From positions 15,211,628 through 15,275,627 of the forward strand of contig JAUZTB010000017.1 in assembly GCA_034780895.1 (NCBI GenBank): a DNA stretch of 64,000 nucleotides, given 5' to 3'. Each line of letters starts with the position of its first letter. Position 1 is the stretch's first letter. The stretch is from Rhynchobatus australiae (taxonomy: Eukaryota). Shown piece by piece: positions 13,620 to 27,149 of this stretch. The notes below the pieces were generated by a model, which worked only from the letters and a program-made list of their open reading frames with translations, did no database searches and was not told the origin of the DNA. Made by a program: the position numbers and the translations under genes.

Positions 13620-13958
13620 TGAAATTATAGTGGTCTTTGCCGACCAGTCTTTGGCTAAAGAAGGATATAATTTCCTTGAATATTTGTTACAGTGTGGATT
13701 GGTTCCTGGGATAAGGCAGTTATTCAATGAGAAGGTGTTAAGTGAAATGGGCCTGAGCTAACTGAAGTTTAAAAAAATACTGAAGTGATCTCGTTAAAAC
13801 ATGGTACTCTGAGAAAGATTGGGGTAAATGCTAAGAGGGGGTTTCCACTGATTGGAGTCTAGAACCAGCGGTCATAATCTTAGAATAAAAGGTCAGCCTT
13901 TTGGTACTGAGGTGAGGAGGAATTTCTTCACTCAAAGGAATATGAATACTTGGAATTC
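13620..13958 (+). mobile_element. CR1-clade LINE fragment
   Basis: ORF ESRTSGHNLRIKGQPFGTEVRRNFFTQR..NTWN, the CR1 RT C-terminal motif. Confidence 0.8.
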
Positions 13959-16900
13959 NNNNNNNNNNNNNNNNNNNNNNNNNNNNNNNNNNNNNNNNNN
14001 NNNNNNNNNNNNNNNNNNNNNNNNNNNNNNNNNNNNNNNNNNNNNNNNNNNNNNNNNNNNNNNNNNNNNNNNNNNNNNNNNNNNNNNNNNNNNNNNNNNN
14101 NNNNNNNNNNNNNNNNNNNNNNNNNNNNNNNNNNNNNNNNNNNNNNNNAGGATGTTGTTTAAAAATTGATGCTCAGTGCTGAAAATTAAAAACTGATTCT
14201 TTGTTGACAGTTTCAATATGCAAGAAGCGACAACGACTCAGTTTTTCAGAGTGAAACTGTAAGTTGGTAATGAGTGTTTTGCACAAAAATCCCTGTGCAA
14301 TGGAACATGACTAACTTCTCTGACTGCTGAGGCAAATGGGTCAATAGAAATCTGCAGAAAGCCTGGGCAAACTCTGCGTAACAATGTGTCATTTGACTGA
14401 ATCCTTCTCCACATTCTCATCTAAAACGGGAGCAAAGTAACTAATAAATTAAATTTAGTACTTTGATATTTTTCATTATTATTGTTTATGGGGATAACTG
14501 CCCACTTGAAATTCGTTGAATTTGGGTTGTGAGATTGTTGCAGGTTTCCCTTGGAAATAGCTGAAGCATCTTTCTAATGACCCTACTAACATTACTAACA
14601 TTGAAATTAGGACTGTTATTTAGGGAAGTGATTGAATTCTCATTGGACAGGTTCCTCTCAGGAGAATATTCCCCATTGTGAAATTTATCTCATTTTTATA
14701 GCAATTTTACAAATTGAAAGAAATGTTTGCCAAATTTCATGTCCACCCTTTGAGTATTTTTTAGGACATTTCCTATCATTTCTAAAGTTATTAAATTGTT
14801 CAAGTCCTAACTTGTATTCTGGTATTGCGATTTCACCATGAGCAGGGAGAGTTCAGTATATGGTTTGGTTAGGCAGCATATAATTAAAATCATTTGCTTC
14901 AATTGCACCCATCCACAGTAATGCAACATTTAAAAAAAATCAACTCAAAATTTAAAGAAGCAAAAAAATGTTTGATATGAAAACATGAGTAGCATGACCT
15001 GTGTAGTCACTGCGTGCCCTCTTAAAATCAGGGCCAAAGTAACGTGTAATTGGACCTGTGTGTTTAGATAGTGATCATTCTTAGGATTGTTGACAATTAC
15101 TGTCACAGTCTGGTGGTTCAAGGCAAGTCATTTATGTGAGAAAAGCCAAGAAGTTTAAATGACCACAGTCCCCTCAGTGTTATCTGTGAGGAATATTGGG
15201 CAAATATTTCAATGAAATTATTTAACTAAATTTGCTGTGAGCTTGAGGTTTCAACATCATGTTAAATGCACAGTTCAAAGGATGTGCAGCTTTGATATGT
15301 TTTAATTTGTAAGCCATTATGGTGGTTTACTGCAATGTTTGAGGGCGCCATAAGTGCATTTATGCAGATTTCCTCAGCTTATTATTTCTCTCAAAATAAT
15401 AAATAATTTGGAAGGGGAGGTGTGGTGCTTTGTTGGCTGGGAGATGATAGTAACCCAACAGTCCTTAAGCTTAGCCATAGCCTTCCCCTGGTGCAATACC
15501 ATTATTTGGCATTTGACCCAAAGAAATTGGAAGCTCTTGCTATCTGCAAATTGTCAGGACAGTGCATTTACCAGCAGCTGTTTTGTTGACAGCACCAAAT
15601 CCAGGCTATGATTTGGTTTTGCAGTGTGACAGTTATTACCTCATTCATTATTGAGCCCTACCAGAGTCTCCATTCCCTGGCTCTGTGGGAGCATCACGGT
15701 GTAAGTCAGATGCTGTGATTGCCTGTGGAGGATGAATAATTCTCCTCGAGGAGCCTCCATTGGAGTAACCAGTTTTAAAGTCAAAGTTAACATACCCAGA
15801 GAGGAGACTCTGATTTAACTCAACAAGTTATAATGATGTGGAATGCATTGACTGAGTAGATGATAAAAGCAGATTTCTAGATACTTTACAATAAAGGTGG
15901 GGGTATCTACCTGAAAGTGGAAAGAACAGAGGAGGTCACAAGGAAAGAACAGTTTAGTAATATAATTGAAGAGCTCCTGGGCACGATGGGCCAAATGGCC
16001 TCTTTCCATGAGGTATGATTCCATCTGGTTATGAAACCTGGGATCTGCACCATCTTACAGAACCACATGTTTTCCAATATAACCCAAACATTGGTTGCCC
16101 TTCTTTAAGAAAGGCACAAAATAATTTCTCTGGTGTGTTAAGTTACCGCATTAGTTACAAATATAAATAATAAAACATTGTGAATAAATGCACTGAAAAA
16201 TTCCCCAGACTCAAATTGTTTTGTCTCTATGTATTTGAAGTAGTGAGGTGCTGGTGAACAAGTTGTTATGAAGTAGAATGCATTGAGTGAAGGAATGTTA
16301 GAAGTGTATTTCCCAGTGACTTATGATGGAGCTGGTGATATCTGCAAAGGTCGTACCAGGTTCATTGCAGTAATAACATGTTTACAGAAATGGCAGGCCA
16401 GTGATGACAAGTCAGGAGGTGATATCACAGAACCAAATATGTGGCATAAATTTGATAGTCTCAGTAGCAGCAAGGACTGATTCAGAATATTGGAGGCTCT
16501 GGATGCAGAAATTCTGCATTCATCATCTTCTCTGGAAATCCAACTGGCCCCACAATCAACTGAAACCCAAAGCTAAAATAGAAAGGACATAAAATTACTC
16601 CTCCTTTTGAACATTGCTTTCCAGAGGAAATGCTAGTACCAGTAAAATAACAGTCGCAGTGTTTTAATTTTTAGGTCTATTACCAAAAACAAAGCATGCC
16701 TTTTTGTCCATGTAAAGGTGACACGGGTGCTTGTGTAGTGTAGGTGGTCAAGGTTCATGAGCAAATAGGAAAGCTAGAGATGTAAATAGACAGTGTGGTG
16801 CAGTCATCCTGTCACTATGTAGCTTTATGATCAGCAGTTCTCCTTTTGTGCCTCACCATTCCTCATATGAGGGCTTTAATAATAAGAATTGACAGATAAA

Positions 16901-17424
16901 ACAACTGACAAGGCTCTTCTGGTCAGTTTGGTCTCAATGTTGTTCGACAACCGATGTCCAGCTGCAGCAAGATTTATTGGATTGCATTCTGGATTGAGAA
17001 TCTTGGCAGTTCTCTATTTTGCCTCATTTAAGCCGAGGCCAACTGTAACACTCTACTGCCAGGATGAGGTCAGCTAACTCAGTCCNNNNNNNNNNNNNNN
17101 NNNNNNNNNNNNNNNNNNNNNNNNNNNNNNNNNNNNNNNNNNNNNNNNNNNNNNNNNNNNNNNNNNNNNNNNNNNNNNNNNNNNNGCCAGGATGAGGTCA
17201 GCTTACTCAGTCCCAGATTCAAGTCAGTGAACTTCATGTGGCTCACCATCAAACTGTGCAGCGATGCTAGCAACGGATAAACATTGGGTCAATAAATTAG
17301 ATACTTAACACTGTATGTGCTGGGAAGGGAATTAAGTCAATTTCAGATACTTATTAACTGAGAGATTCAAGTCTGTCATTATGTTCCCTGTCATATCCTT
17401 TATCTGCACCTCCCTCTTGCACAG

Positions 17425-17445
17425 AGGACAAGAATGCGACAAAAG
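17425..17445 (+). CDS. Candidate 21-nt microexon (RTRMRQK), phase 0-0
   Basis: cctccctcttgcacag acceptor, AAG|gtcatt donor (weak), frame-preserving between exons B and C. Confidence 0.35.
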
Positions 17446-17859
17446 GTCATTTTATATCTTCTGAAATTCCTGAGCTAATTCATGTTTGCTTTGAAATCTT
17501 GGCAAGTTGCCAATCAACATTCTTATGTAATGCCTCATGCTGGTTTGAGTGCACTGAAAATATATTTTTCAGTAACTCTGGAATACTGCATTGATTCTTG
17601 GGTTAAAGTGGCTATCCGGTATTACTGAATTCTAGACAAGCATAACAAAAGTATCTGCTAATTTACAATTTGCCAAAATGGAATTTCATTGGTCTGAGAT
17701 GAGTGCACGTCTGTGAGGGTGTTGTTGTTTAATCAGAGCAAATTAGCTTGGAATTGCACTTTTATGTTCAAAGTACCTATCCCATATTTACACTAAAATT
17801 CATAATCATGAAAGTACATGTCACTTTATACTACGTGGAAAATGTCATGCCTCTTGTGT

Positions 17860-18170
17860 TCATTCCTTGAATGTGGATGTGGCTGGCAAGGCCAGCATTA
17901 TTGCCATCCTGAACTCACTCTGAACTGAGTGATTTGCTCAGTCATTTCAAAACCCAGTTAAAATTCAACCACTTTGCTGTGGGTCTGGAAACACACAATC
18001 TGGTGAGGACATAAAATTTCACTAATGATCCAGCCGTGAATTTGATGGTAATCCAGTAGTTTTGGGCAGCATTGCAGAAGCTAGGATTCTAGATTTATTT
18101 CAGTAACAGAAGCAGCTGCTATGTATGATTTTAACCTGTTTTACAAGAACATTAGTTTAGGCCTCTACCA
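17860..18170. repeat. Dispersed repeat (LINE 3'-end-related), related copy at 43365-43725
   Basis: gatgtggctggcaaggccagcattattgccatcctgaactcactctga resembles 43367 atgggtgttgctgtttgggctagtgtttattgcccgtttctaattacccctga and the reverse complement of 59190-59245. Confidence 0.5.
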
Positions 18171-18593
18171 CAGTTATTTGGGTCCTGCTCCAACTTGGGT
18201 TCTAGAGTGATGTTACTGAGGGAGAGAGAGTGCAGTTCCTTGCACATTAGAGTCCTTTGCCTAACCTAATAGTGGACTGTTATTTAAAAATGAGTTATCA
18301 ATTAGTCCAAACAAAAAGATGTAATATTGATCAAGTGCTCTGCAAAAAATGTATTTTGCTAGGATCCCCTTTACTAAACTAAAATAGTCAAGGAGGACAA
18401 GCTTGGAAGCTCTATATATGTATAACATGTTTTTGTCAGCATAACAATTTGTGTGTCTTAGCTCATGCTTTCATCCACACATTTTCCTGATTTTTCATGT
18501 GTTTCATTATGGCATTTATGGGAATATTTTGTTCAATGTAACATGACCTTTTTTATCATTGAGTGTGTGTTTTGCTAAATCTATATGCCCCAG

Positions 18594-18614
18594 AAACAAA
18601 CCAAGAGGTTCATG
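18594..18614 (+). CDS. Candidate 21-nt microexon (KQTKRFM), phase 0-0
   Basis: atatgccccag acceptor, strong ATG|gtgagt donor, 95-nt intron to exon C, frame-preserving. Confidence 0.45.
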
Positions 18615-18709
18615 GTGAGTCATTTTCTGAGACTTAATCAATTTCTATCTGATGTTGCCCAGAAAAATGATTTTACATGTTTTTTTTTCTTTTTTTTAAT
18701 ATCTCACAG

Positions 18710-18745
18710 TCGCCAAGGACACTTTCCCCCACACCTTCAGCTGAG
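18710..18745 (+). CDS. ABLIM1: ABLIM1 exon C (36 nt, 0-0): SPRTLSPTPSAE
   Basis: Long T tract then ctcacag, donor gtcagt; peptide identical to recalled mammalian ABLIM1. Confidence 0.93.
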
Positions 18746-20636
18746 GTCAGTATATCCCTTCACGTTCACCTCTCAGTTTGCTCTCTGCAATCTTCCTTTG
18801 CTTCATGCAATAGTGTAGCCTTCAGTGCATCAGCAGAATTGTGAAGTTTAGTTTAACAGTTCTGATGGGATACTGAACCAAAGCTTGTGGCAGTGGAGGC
18901 CAATGCAACCTTCTCTCACTTGCATTCTTCTGGTAGAGTTGGAAGAAAAACTGTCAATGCTAGAAATCTCAAATGAAAATATTAATTGCTGGAAATGTAC
19001 AGCAGTATCTGCATTAGAAAGATCAAGGTAAAATTTTAGATGGAACATCTTCATCCAATGGATTAGACTGACTGCAAATCAATTTTTTTTGTTCTTCCTC
19101 TTGTCCTTCAAATCTGACATGCAGGTTGCAGTTCCCTCAATTTTTCTACACAACTCCTCCAATAAAGCACGTCATCAGAAGGTGTATAAGTAATACTCTG
19201 TGTGTTCTGGCTGACACAGAAGTGACAGCTTCAGCGTTCTGTACTGTAAAGGCCCCAACTTGTGGTTATTTAAACAGCAAAGCCCAATGGCCCTATCAAC
19301 ATTGTCCTGCAAGATCATGAGACATTAAAGTATCAATGGAATGGCACATGTTCATTTGTGAGTCTGATGGAGGCATGGTTCAGTCAACATTATCTCGGCA
19401 AATAGTCAATTCATGTCCACTGCAATTATTTTTACTTTTTTTTAAAACAAATAAATCCTGTTGGGATGGATAATACTACACTTTGCTGGGGCACTTGTAA
19501 ATACTGGTTTCTGATCACTCAGAAAACGAACAAATTAATATGTCCAAGCCATGTGACATCAGAGCTAGTTCCTGTTGAATTAGGTTTTATTTTAAATCTC
19601 ATTATGTGCAACAGTCTAATGCTGTTGAGTAACAAACTGGGCAGAGGAACAGGGAACACTAGTTTTATTAATCTCTCTTCACTGTTCTCCAACACAACTT
19701 GTATCAAAGACTCACCATGTGGAAAGAGTTTCACCCTCGCATACTACAGCTCCAGGAGGCTCTGAGACAAGCCAATGAGAATTACAGGTCATCCCTGGGT
19801 TACAGACACTTGACTTGTGGACAACTATACATACGATTGAGCTTCCCTAATATTAAATTCAAAAGTCTGACTTCCATACATAAGAACCAGTTTCCTCTCC
19901 CTCTGCATTTTTAGTAATTGTCTGTTTTTATAAGTCTTGTGTGCATTTGATGCCATTCATTACAATACTATGGGGTTATGGTTAGCATATTGAGTGATTT
20001 TTGTGTACTTTCCAATTTGTGGATCAAATCAATTACGGACATCTGCACAAAGGGAACCTGTTTGTTTCCTGTGGATGGCCCGTACAGGTCACTGAGGAGT
20101 GTTTGGAGTGCTATGTCACTTGCTAAATCCTGACAACAATACTGCTGCCTTTAAGATATTGGGGATACACAAGAACTAATCCATGCCCTCTCACCCAGTG
20201 TTGTTGCTGTCTGATCATTCTGAAATGTCTCTTGTAATAAGTGTGTCCAGGATTCTAGCATGGGAATGTGGCAGCTGCTTGCTATTTCACACGGACACAA
20301 TTGATAAATGGTTTTCATGCCTAAATTAAGGATATTCTTAGTTGCCATTGACAGGCCTCTGACAATTACACCAGGAGTCACAGTAAAACTACTCTTTTCA
20401 GATCAAAACAACCAGGATGGACCATCACATAATCAGACTGACCTACTAGTGATACGACTACAAACATAGGCTATACTGCCACTGTTTTACAGGCGTCAAT
20501 CTTGTTTTACCCTACTACTCTTATGTCTGAAAAATGTTAAATAAAATGAAAGGCCCAAGAGAGGCAGGTGTTTTAGGTGCCAGTTTGCCTAACCTCCTAA
20601 ATCCTCTTCCAAAACCATCGCATCTCCGTTCTTAGA

Positions 20637-20822
20637 GCAAAATGCAAGCTGCTGGAGAAACTTGGCAGGTCAGGCAGCATCTGTGGAGGCAGGGAGAGTT
20701 GACATTTTGGATCATGACCCTGCATCAGGACACAAACATCAATTATCCCTCTGCCTCCACAGCTGCTGGCCGACCCACTGAGTTCCTCCTGCAGCTTATT
20801 ATTTCCTCCAGGTTCCTGCACC
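20637..20822. repeat. Fold-back Penelope-terminus-derived element with central degenerate hammerhead-like motif
   Basis: Left arm gctgctggagaaacttggcaggtcaggcagcatctgtggaggcaggga pairs with right arm tccctctgcctccacagctgctggccgacccactgagttcctcctgcagc. Confidence 0.7.
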
Positions 20823-23800
20823 TTACCTACTTCTCTTCCTGGGTTCAGTTCCTGCTTGGCGTCTAACTTCCTGTCTTGTGATTCACTACTTTATCTTAAA
20901 AAAAAAGTTGCTGTCCTCGTGGCTTTTCTTTGAGTTTAAACGTGACTTTCTATTAGCTTTGACAAAAATTCTATTTTTTTTCTTGTTTGGCATGCTTCAC
21001 TTGACTGGCCAGGAGTCCACAACCACTGTTGTGCTGTATTCTTGTTCTTTTCAGCGGAATGTGGTTATAATGATTTCTGACAAAGCTGGAGCAAAAGCTG
21101 TATTTCTTGGAGTTTTCTGGCCGTGTGTGATGTTGACTAAAGACTCAGCTCCTAAAGAATCAAAGATGTTAAGGGACTGTTGAGGGGCCACTGCTTACCC
21201 TTCTCAGCTAAGCCAATGTTAATCAAGCATTATTGACTTGGAAGAACAAAATTTCCACTGAGGTCAAACGTACAGTATAGCATTAGCAAAATATTAAAAC
21301 AAAATTTCAATGGAAGTTTTATGCAATGCAAGTGTTAGTCTGCTTGAAAGGCCCCAAACTGATCCAACTAAAAACTTAATCCAAGTAAAAGTGCAAGTAC
21401 ATTTACCATGCATTGATCTGCCTACACAGAGGCTCTCCATGAGGTACAGGTAGAAGAACTAATTGAGCAATGCTGGCTGCAGTATTAGGTGAAAGTAGGT
21501 GAAAGGAATCCCAGCTCGTAACAAAGCTAGACCCCTGTGACAATGAAGTTGCATGAATCGCTGAAACAAGTATGCTTGGGACACTCCAAACATTTGGAAT
21601 TTGTTGCACACTTCAAGTAATACTAGCTTGAAGCTTCCAGAAGACTTCCATCGAAATCAAGAAAGGAAAGGGGTTTGACAAGTGAAGTGGTGTATCCTAC
21701 ATAGAAATTAGGACCAATAATTATTTGTACATTTTCCACACAATTGCAAATTATGTTTTAGAGTAGCTCTTTTTCCATTGTCTTTTTTCCATTTTCCATT
21801 ATTTTTTGAAATGTTTAAAATAAATGTACATATTAACAAAACCAGCAATTTCAAATAAGGTTGCAACTTAAATATAGACCTGAAAATAATACTGTAATTA
21901 TACTGTAACCACATTGGGACATAGGCTTGTAGATATCCCTGATATCCTTTAGTTCACACTGAACAAAGTACAATGCAAGTGCAAAATAGGATGAAAGGGA
22001 GTAGTTATGAGGGTACAAGCCAGAAAATATTAATTTTTTGAGATGATCAGACCATAAGACACAGGAGCAGAATTAGGCCATTTGGCCCATTTGAGTCTGC
22101 TCCGCATCCCAGTGCTCAGGAGCTTGCAGCCATATTGTACCCAAAAGGTCCTTTGAGTCTGTGTTTACACTGATAACATTTTTATTCTCCCCATGTTCCC
22201 AAAGAGTCTACTATGAACAGAGATATTTGGACTTTTATTGTACTGACATTGATTCCCTATTCAGAATGAGTTACTTAGTCCCCATTTTAAATCTTTCTCC
22301 CAATAGCAGTAGATGATATAAAACAGAAATGACTTTGTTTTGATCTCTTTTTCAAGAGAGACTGTTAATACAGAATTAACGCTGATTCCTACTAACTAGA
22401 GGTTGTTCTAGCTCAAGCTGGGAGCAGCAAACTGAGAATCGTAACAGTCTTTCGAAATGTCACCTTCACTTGCCCTGCATTTTGGTTTGCCTAAGCTTCT
22501 TTATTACATTTTAGACATGAATAAAGGGAAAATAAGGGAGGTAATGGTTTCCAATAATCTATCACTTCCAGCAGAAACTACTTCGTCACTAACTCTACTC
22601 TCTTCACTAAGCCGCATAATGTTTCCAGTTCTGATCCACCTTCCAGAATTCAGAGGTGCTCCGCTTATCCTTCCTGAGGTCAGACATGTCCTCCTTTTGC
22701 CTCTGTGCAGAGATTATGGGGATAATGGGGTCGAGTTTTAGTTTTAGATGCAGTTGGATGAACCATTGTAACTAATATCCAATTCAAAAAAAAATTTTTC
22801 CACCCAGCTTCTACTGAAACCGATCAATTAAAAATCTGCCACCAACCAGTGCAATTTACCATATTAAAATGTAAATCTTTTAAATTTTTCTTTGAGAGGA
22901 TTCTTTGATTATAGTTTCAGAGTGCCACCTTGAAGCTGGATGAATGTGGCAAAGGGATGGTTTATCGCAACAAATATTCAGTTTTAATTACCCGTGAGTG
23001 TCTTGGTTTTAAATGACTCAAAATGACCTTTAAAATCTAATTTTTGTTATCGGGATACTGGGATACAGTAGTTAGCTTGTGAGGTGATTTTTTTTGTTAG
23101 TTTAAATTGCATTATTAAAAAAACATTTATTAATATCTTCCTCCCCAAAAGTTACAGCTTAATTTTGAACCTTCTCTGAAGGTATCCAGATGAACTTGAT
23201 GAGCAGCAACNNNNNNNNNNNNNNNNNNNNNNNNNNNNNNNNNNNNNNNNNNNNNNNNNNNNNNNNNNNNNNNNNATTAATGGGAAAAATACTGGGAAAA
23301 CTTGTGTTGCCTCTCTCTGCCAGTCCTCCATCGAAATCACAGGCTCTGCCAGGCCCCTCCCTGTTCCTCTCTTCATGTTGGCTCCAATCTCCATCCATTT
23401 CAAATGCTTCTCACTTTTGTTTCTGATTCTTTTTCTGAGACACAATGTGGCTGGTACACTTTTCCTTTTAGTGTCCGGTTAATCCTGCATCTTCCTGCTT
23501 CTTGTTTCCACCACTTGACAAGGGCTCTCTTGCCCTGTGCCTGCATTTATCCATCCTTTTGCCTCACGTCCCACCTTCTGCCCTCTTCCCTCAGCACGAA
23601 TGTTAATTCCCTCATTCACACATGGTGTTCTGAGATGATTACCTCCTGTTGCTGGGATAACAACTGTGATCACCATGCAAGTTGTTGGTAAGACATCAAA
23701 TCTTGCAAAGCCATTCCATTGATTAAAGAGTCGATAGCAAGCAATACTGCCTAGAGATGAAATATTGTTTCCACAAAGACACATCTAGAAATGCCCACAT

Positions 23801-24523
23801 AACAATCATAATCTTGATATAAATGGAGGAATATAAAAACTTGAACAACCATTCGACTCCTTGAGCCTGTCCTAACATTCAATTAAATCTTCACCTCAAA
23901 TTCATTTACTCACCTTTGTTCTCCATCAAACATCTAGTCACTGATTTGTAATGAAGTGTTTCAANNNNNNNNNNTAACTCAAAAATTTTTTTTACATGCT
24001 CCTTTGTTTTGTAACAATGGTTTCTGAGGGCATGGAATTCTCATTTTCCTCTCCTTTTCAGTTCTCTGGTCTTCTCAAAGTCCGCTGTCAGTCCTTGCCC
24101 AAAGCTGGCTGGAGCTGGGTTGTTAGATGTTGTTTGATAGCTGGTTAGGGACAGCACTGCCTGCTCCATTATCTCCGATTTGCCCAATGGAAGTGCAGCA
24201 TGACCCTTAGATCTACATAGTGTAGTTCATTAAATTTTCACTGCCAGTCATCAAAGAGGCAAGAGGTATGTTATAGTGCAGCGGTCTTTGAGTTGATGAT
24301 GCTAATGAAGAATGATAGCTTTAGGTAGATTCAGCTGTATACTGCGATGCATTCAGCTTTAATTATTCATACATCTGTACCATTCTGGTAGTATGTTCAT
24401 TTCACAGTTGAATTCTTTCTAATCCTTCTAGCAGAGCTGCCTCACTCTCTGTTTAAATTATAATATGGTGTAGTGCTCTTCCTTGTCTGGCCTGACAGTG
24501 TAATATATGCAAATATTTTTCAG

Positions 24524-24653
24524 GGATACCACGATGCTCGTGATCGGATGGTACACAGATCCTCCAGTCAGGGGTCCATCAGCTCTCCTGTCTACAGTCG
24601 TCACTGCTATACACCAACTGTTACCCGCTCTCCACAGCACTTTCACAGACCTG
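24524..24653 (+). CDS. ABLIM1: ABLIM1 exon D (130 nt, 0-1): GYHDARDRMVHRSSSQGSISSPVYSRHCYTPTVTRSPQHFHRP
   Basis: Acceptor atttttcag, donor gtaagt; matches ABLIM1 GYQDVRDRMIHRSTSQGSINSPVYSRHSYTPTTSRSPQHFHRP. Confidence 0.96.
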
Positions 24654-24899
24654 GTAAGTGAAGCAATCCAATCATAGGCAGCTGGGGGATTCTTCTTATA
24701 GCAAGATATTATAATGGTTGTCGTATTAAAGATCAACTTATTTCAAATGACAGATCACAATGAGAATTTTTTTTGCAGGTTGAGTGACACTGATCTGTTT
24801 TTCAGCTGTTACACTGTTTCATTTTAAGAGTAGCATCAATGCAAACTGTGTACTGAATGATGATGTGAAGATTTTTATATGTAAATTATGTATCGAAGC

Positions 24900-25250
24900 T
24901 GCTTCTTAACTGAGAGATCCTTGTCCCCAAGTCAGGTTATGGGTTTCACTGCCACTCTAGAAACCAAGACTGACCTTCCTGTACGGTAGTGTTGCATTAT
25001 TGGACAAGCTCTCGGTTAGTTGAATTGTTAAACACAGCCTGTTCTCTTTGGTACCTTTTAAAAAAAGATTATACCGTGCACTATTTTGAGGAAAAACAAT
25101 TATACTTTGTGTCAATCATTATCAATGTATACACCTCACAAAAGCATATGCCTGTTTATGGGAACTGGTTGTGCACAAATTGGCAGCTCTCAAGCACTTT
25201 GAAAAATTCTGACAGGCGTATGAAAGTCACTATGCAAATGCAATTCTCTT
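24900..25250 (+). mobile_element. Old DeuSINE/SacSINE1-like SINE remnant
   Basis: gcactattttgaggaaaaac, ggaactggttgtgcacaaattggcagct and tail aagcactttga...gaaagtcactatgcaaatgcaattct resemble recalled Deu-domain SINEs. Confidence 0.45.
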
Positions 25251-26239
25251 CAAATTCAGCATGTTATTTTCAGTGCGGTGTTTCCATGTTGTCTCCTGCT
25301 ACAATGTTTCGCAGTGTTTTCTGAGCACTGGAGGCTTTCTTTTATAAGTTACCTATTTACATTGATCACTATAATGTAAGAGTGATGTTTAATTATTTGG
25401 AGCTTTCCCAATATTTGGGCACAAACTGCATTAAATCATTTCAGGCTGAAGCCCCTGACCCTTTATAATTTACTGTTCAATTATAATTCAAATAAAAAAA
25501 CAAGGATGTTGTTTTACTAGAAAATCTTACTTTTGAATGAGTTTTAGATGAGTAGTTTACTTAACCAGCTTGAACATGACCCTTGTAAATGTCTGAATTG
25601 TGAGCACATATGGTTCTACAAACAGATGAGATGCTTTAGCTGCACCACCCTCACTAACTGAGGTCCTAAGGGTTTAATCTGACCCCCAAAGGCATTTTAT
25701 TGAGCATCTTAAAGAGGAAAACTTTGCTGACAGGCTGAAACAGGCCAGCAGTTGGGGAAAGCATGAAGCAGTCATACAACTAAATCAAAACATCTTTTTT
25801 AGCTCAGGTTCCTGATCCAGATATCTTCATCTCCTTCATCCACCCCTGTTAACTCCCACGTGGCCCTCCCACACGCTTTCCTCACTGTTTGCCTAGAAGA
25901 CAGTGGGGACCATCTGTTCCTCCCGGGTGCAAATCTGCACACTCAGCCATCCCAGTCGAGGTCAGTAGTCACCTGACAGCACTTCGATGAGGCTGCCGTG
26001 TTGAACAACCCAAAACCTGAAACTTAATCGAGAACTCGTGCTCATTTCTGCTTCCCAATCCCCAGAATATTATTTCTTGAGGATTTTGGATATTAAAATA
26101 CAAAAACTTTTGGAGTACAATTCATAGTTACTATACCAAAGTTATCAAAATGTCCAGCTCTGATACACCTTCTCTGGAGAACTTTCCATTATTGAAGCAA
26201 GTGGACCTTATCAGATATCCAAAATGGAATCTATCAACC

Positions 26240-26528
26240 CAGAGTCATACAGCATGGAAACAGTCCCTTCCACCCAACTGGTCCATGCTGACCAAAATTC
26301 CCATCTGCGCGTGTCCCATTTTCCTGTGTTTGGCCCATTATCCCTCTGAACCTTTCCTATCCATGGACCCGTCCAAGTACCTTTTCAAATGTTGTTAATG
26401 TACCTGCTTCAATCACTTCCTTTGGCAGATCATTCCATATACCTACCACCTTTTGGGTAAAAAAAAGTTGCCCCTCAGGTTCCTATTAAATCTCTCCTCT
26501 CCCCACCTTAAACCTATGCCCTCTAGTT
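26240..26528 (-). mobile_element. CR1-clade LINE 3' end
   Basis: agagtcatacagcatggaaacagtcccttccacccaactggtccatgctgacc ... aaaaagttgcccctcaggttcctattaaatctctcc. Confidence 0.8.
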
Positions 26529-26529
26529 C

Positions 26530-26805
26530 ACATTTCAACTTCCAGTTTCTCTTCCTCTTGGATTTCACTTGTCTTCACCTATTTATACATCCACCCTTGA
26601 CCCTCACTCCACTGGTAGAATTTCGGTTATTCACCAGCCTTTATTTTGCAGTTGTCATCACCACTACTTGTGTCATTCATAGTTTCCTGGTCTCCACCCT
26701 ACCACAGACCTTCAACTCCAACCTTCTTTCCCTGCAACTTAAAACTTGTTTTAATCTAACATCTCCCAGTTCAGATAAAGGTCATTGATCTGGAACATTG
26801 GGCTG
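26530..26805 (+). mobile_element. Penelope-like element 3' fragment
   Basis: ctgcaacttaaaacttg...cagttcagataaaggtcattgatctggaacattg, homologous to the minus-strand copy at 51735-51900. Confidence 0.5.
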
Positions 26806-27149
26806 GATCACACTGATTCTTACCTGGCTGTTCTGAGGGAGAAGCACTGGCTAGCTGCCGTGAGTGTGTCAGCACATCCCAGACTTCTTTGGCTGCATAT
26901 TGCTGTGTGGTACAAAATGGCTGGAAGCAGATGCAAGCACAATGAGTCCGGGGTTGCTCCATGTCGTACTGAGGTGAGGGCCAGGATTGGTTGTCAGCTT
27001 TAGACCAGCTTTAGCTAGCACATCAGATGTTTGAATTGGGTTGTTGATCTTTTCTAAAATAAGAACTAGAAAGGACCATTCAGGCTCAATAGCCTATTCA
27101 ATTGATATTGGCTGACTGTGCAATCAGATTGCTGTTTCTATTGTAAGAG

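Noticed and set aside
17058-17213. Direct repeat gccaggatgaggtcagct(a/t)actcagtcc either side of 100 N
   Set aside because: Unmerged contig or haplotype overlap with one SNP across a fixed-size gap; an assembly artifact, not a tandem duplication.
19125-19181. Frame-preserving 57-nt pseudo-exon VAVPSIFLHNSSNKARHQK
   Set aside because: Mediocre donor (gtgtat), adjacent to repeat debris, and no precedent I recall between SAE and GYxD in ABLIM1.
24062-24267. Strong acceptor ctccttttcag with a downstream gtatgt donor
   Set aside because: The required phase-0 frame hits a stop before any strong donor, and there is no homology.
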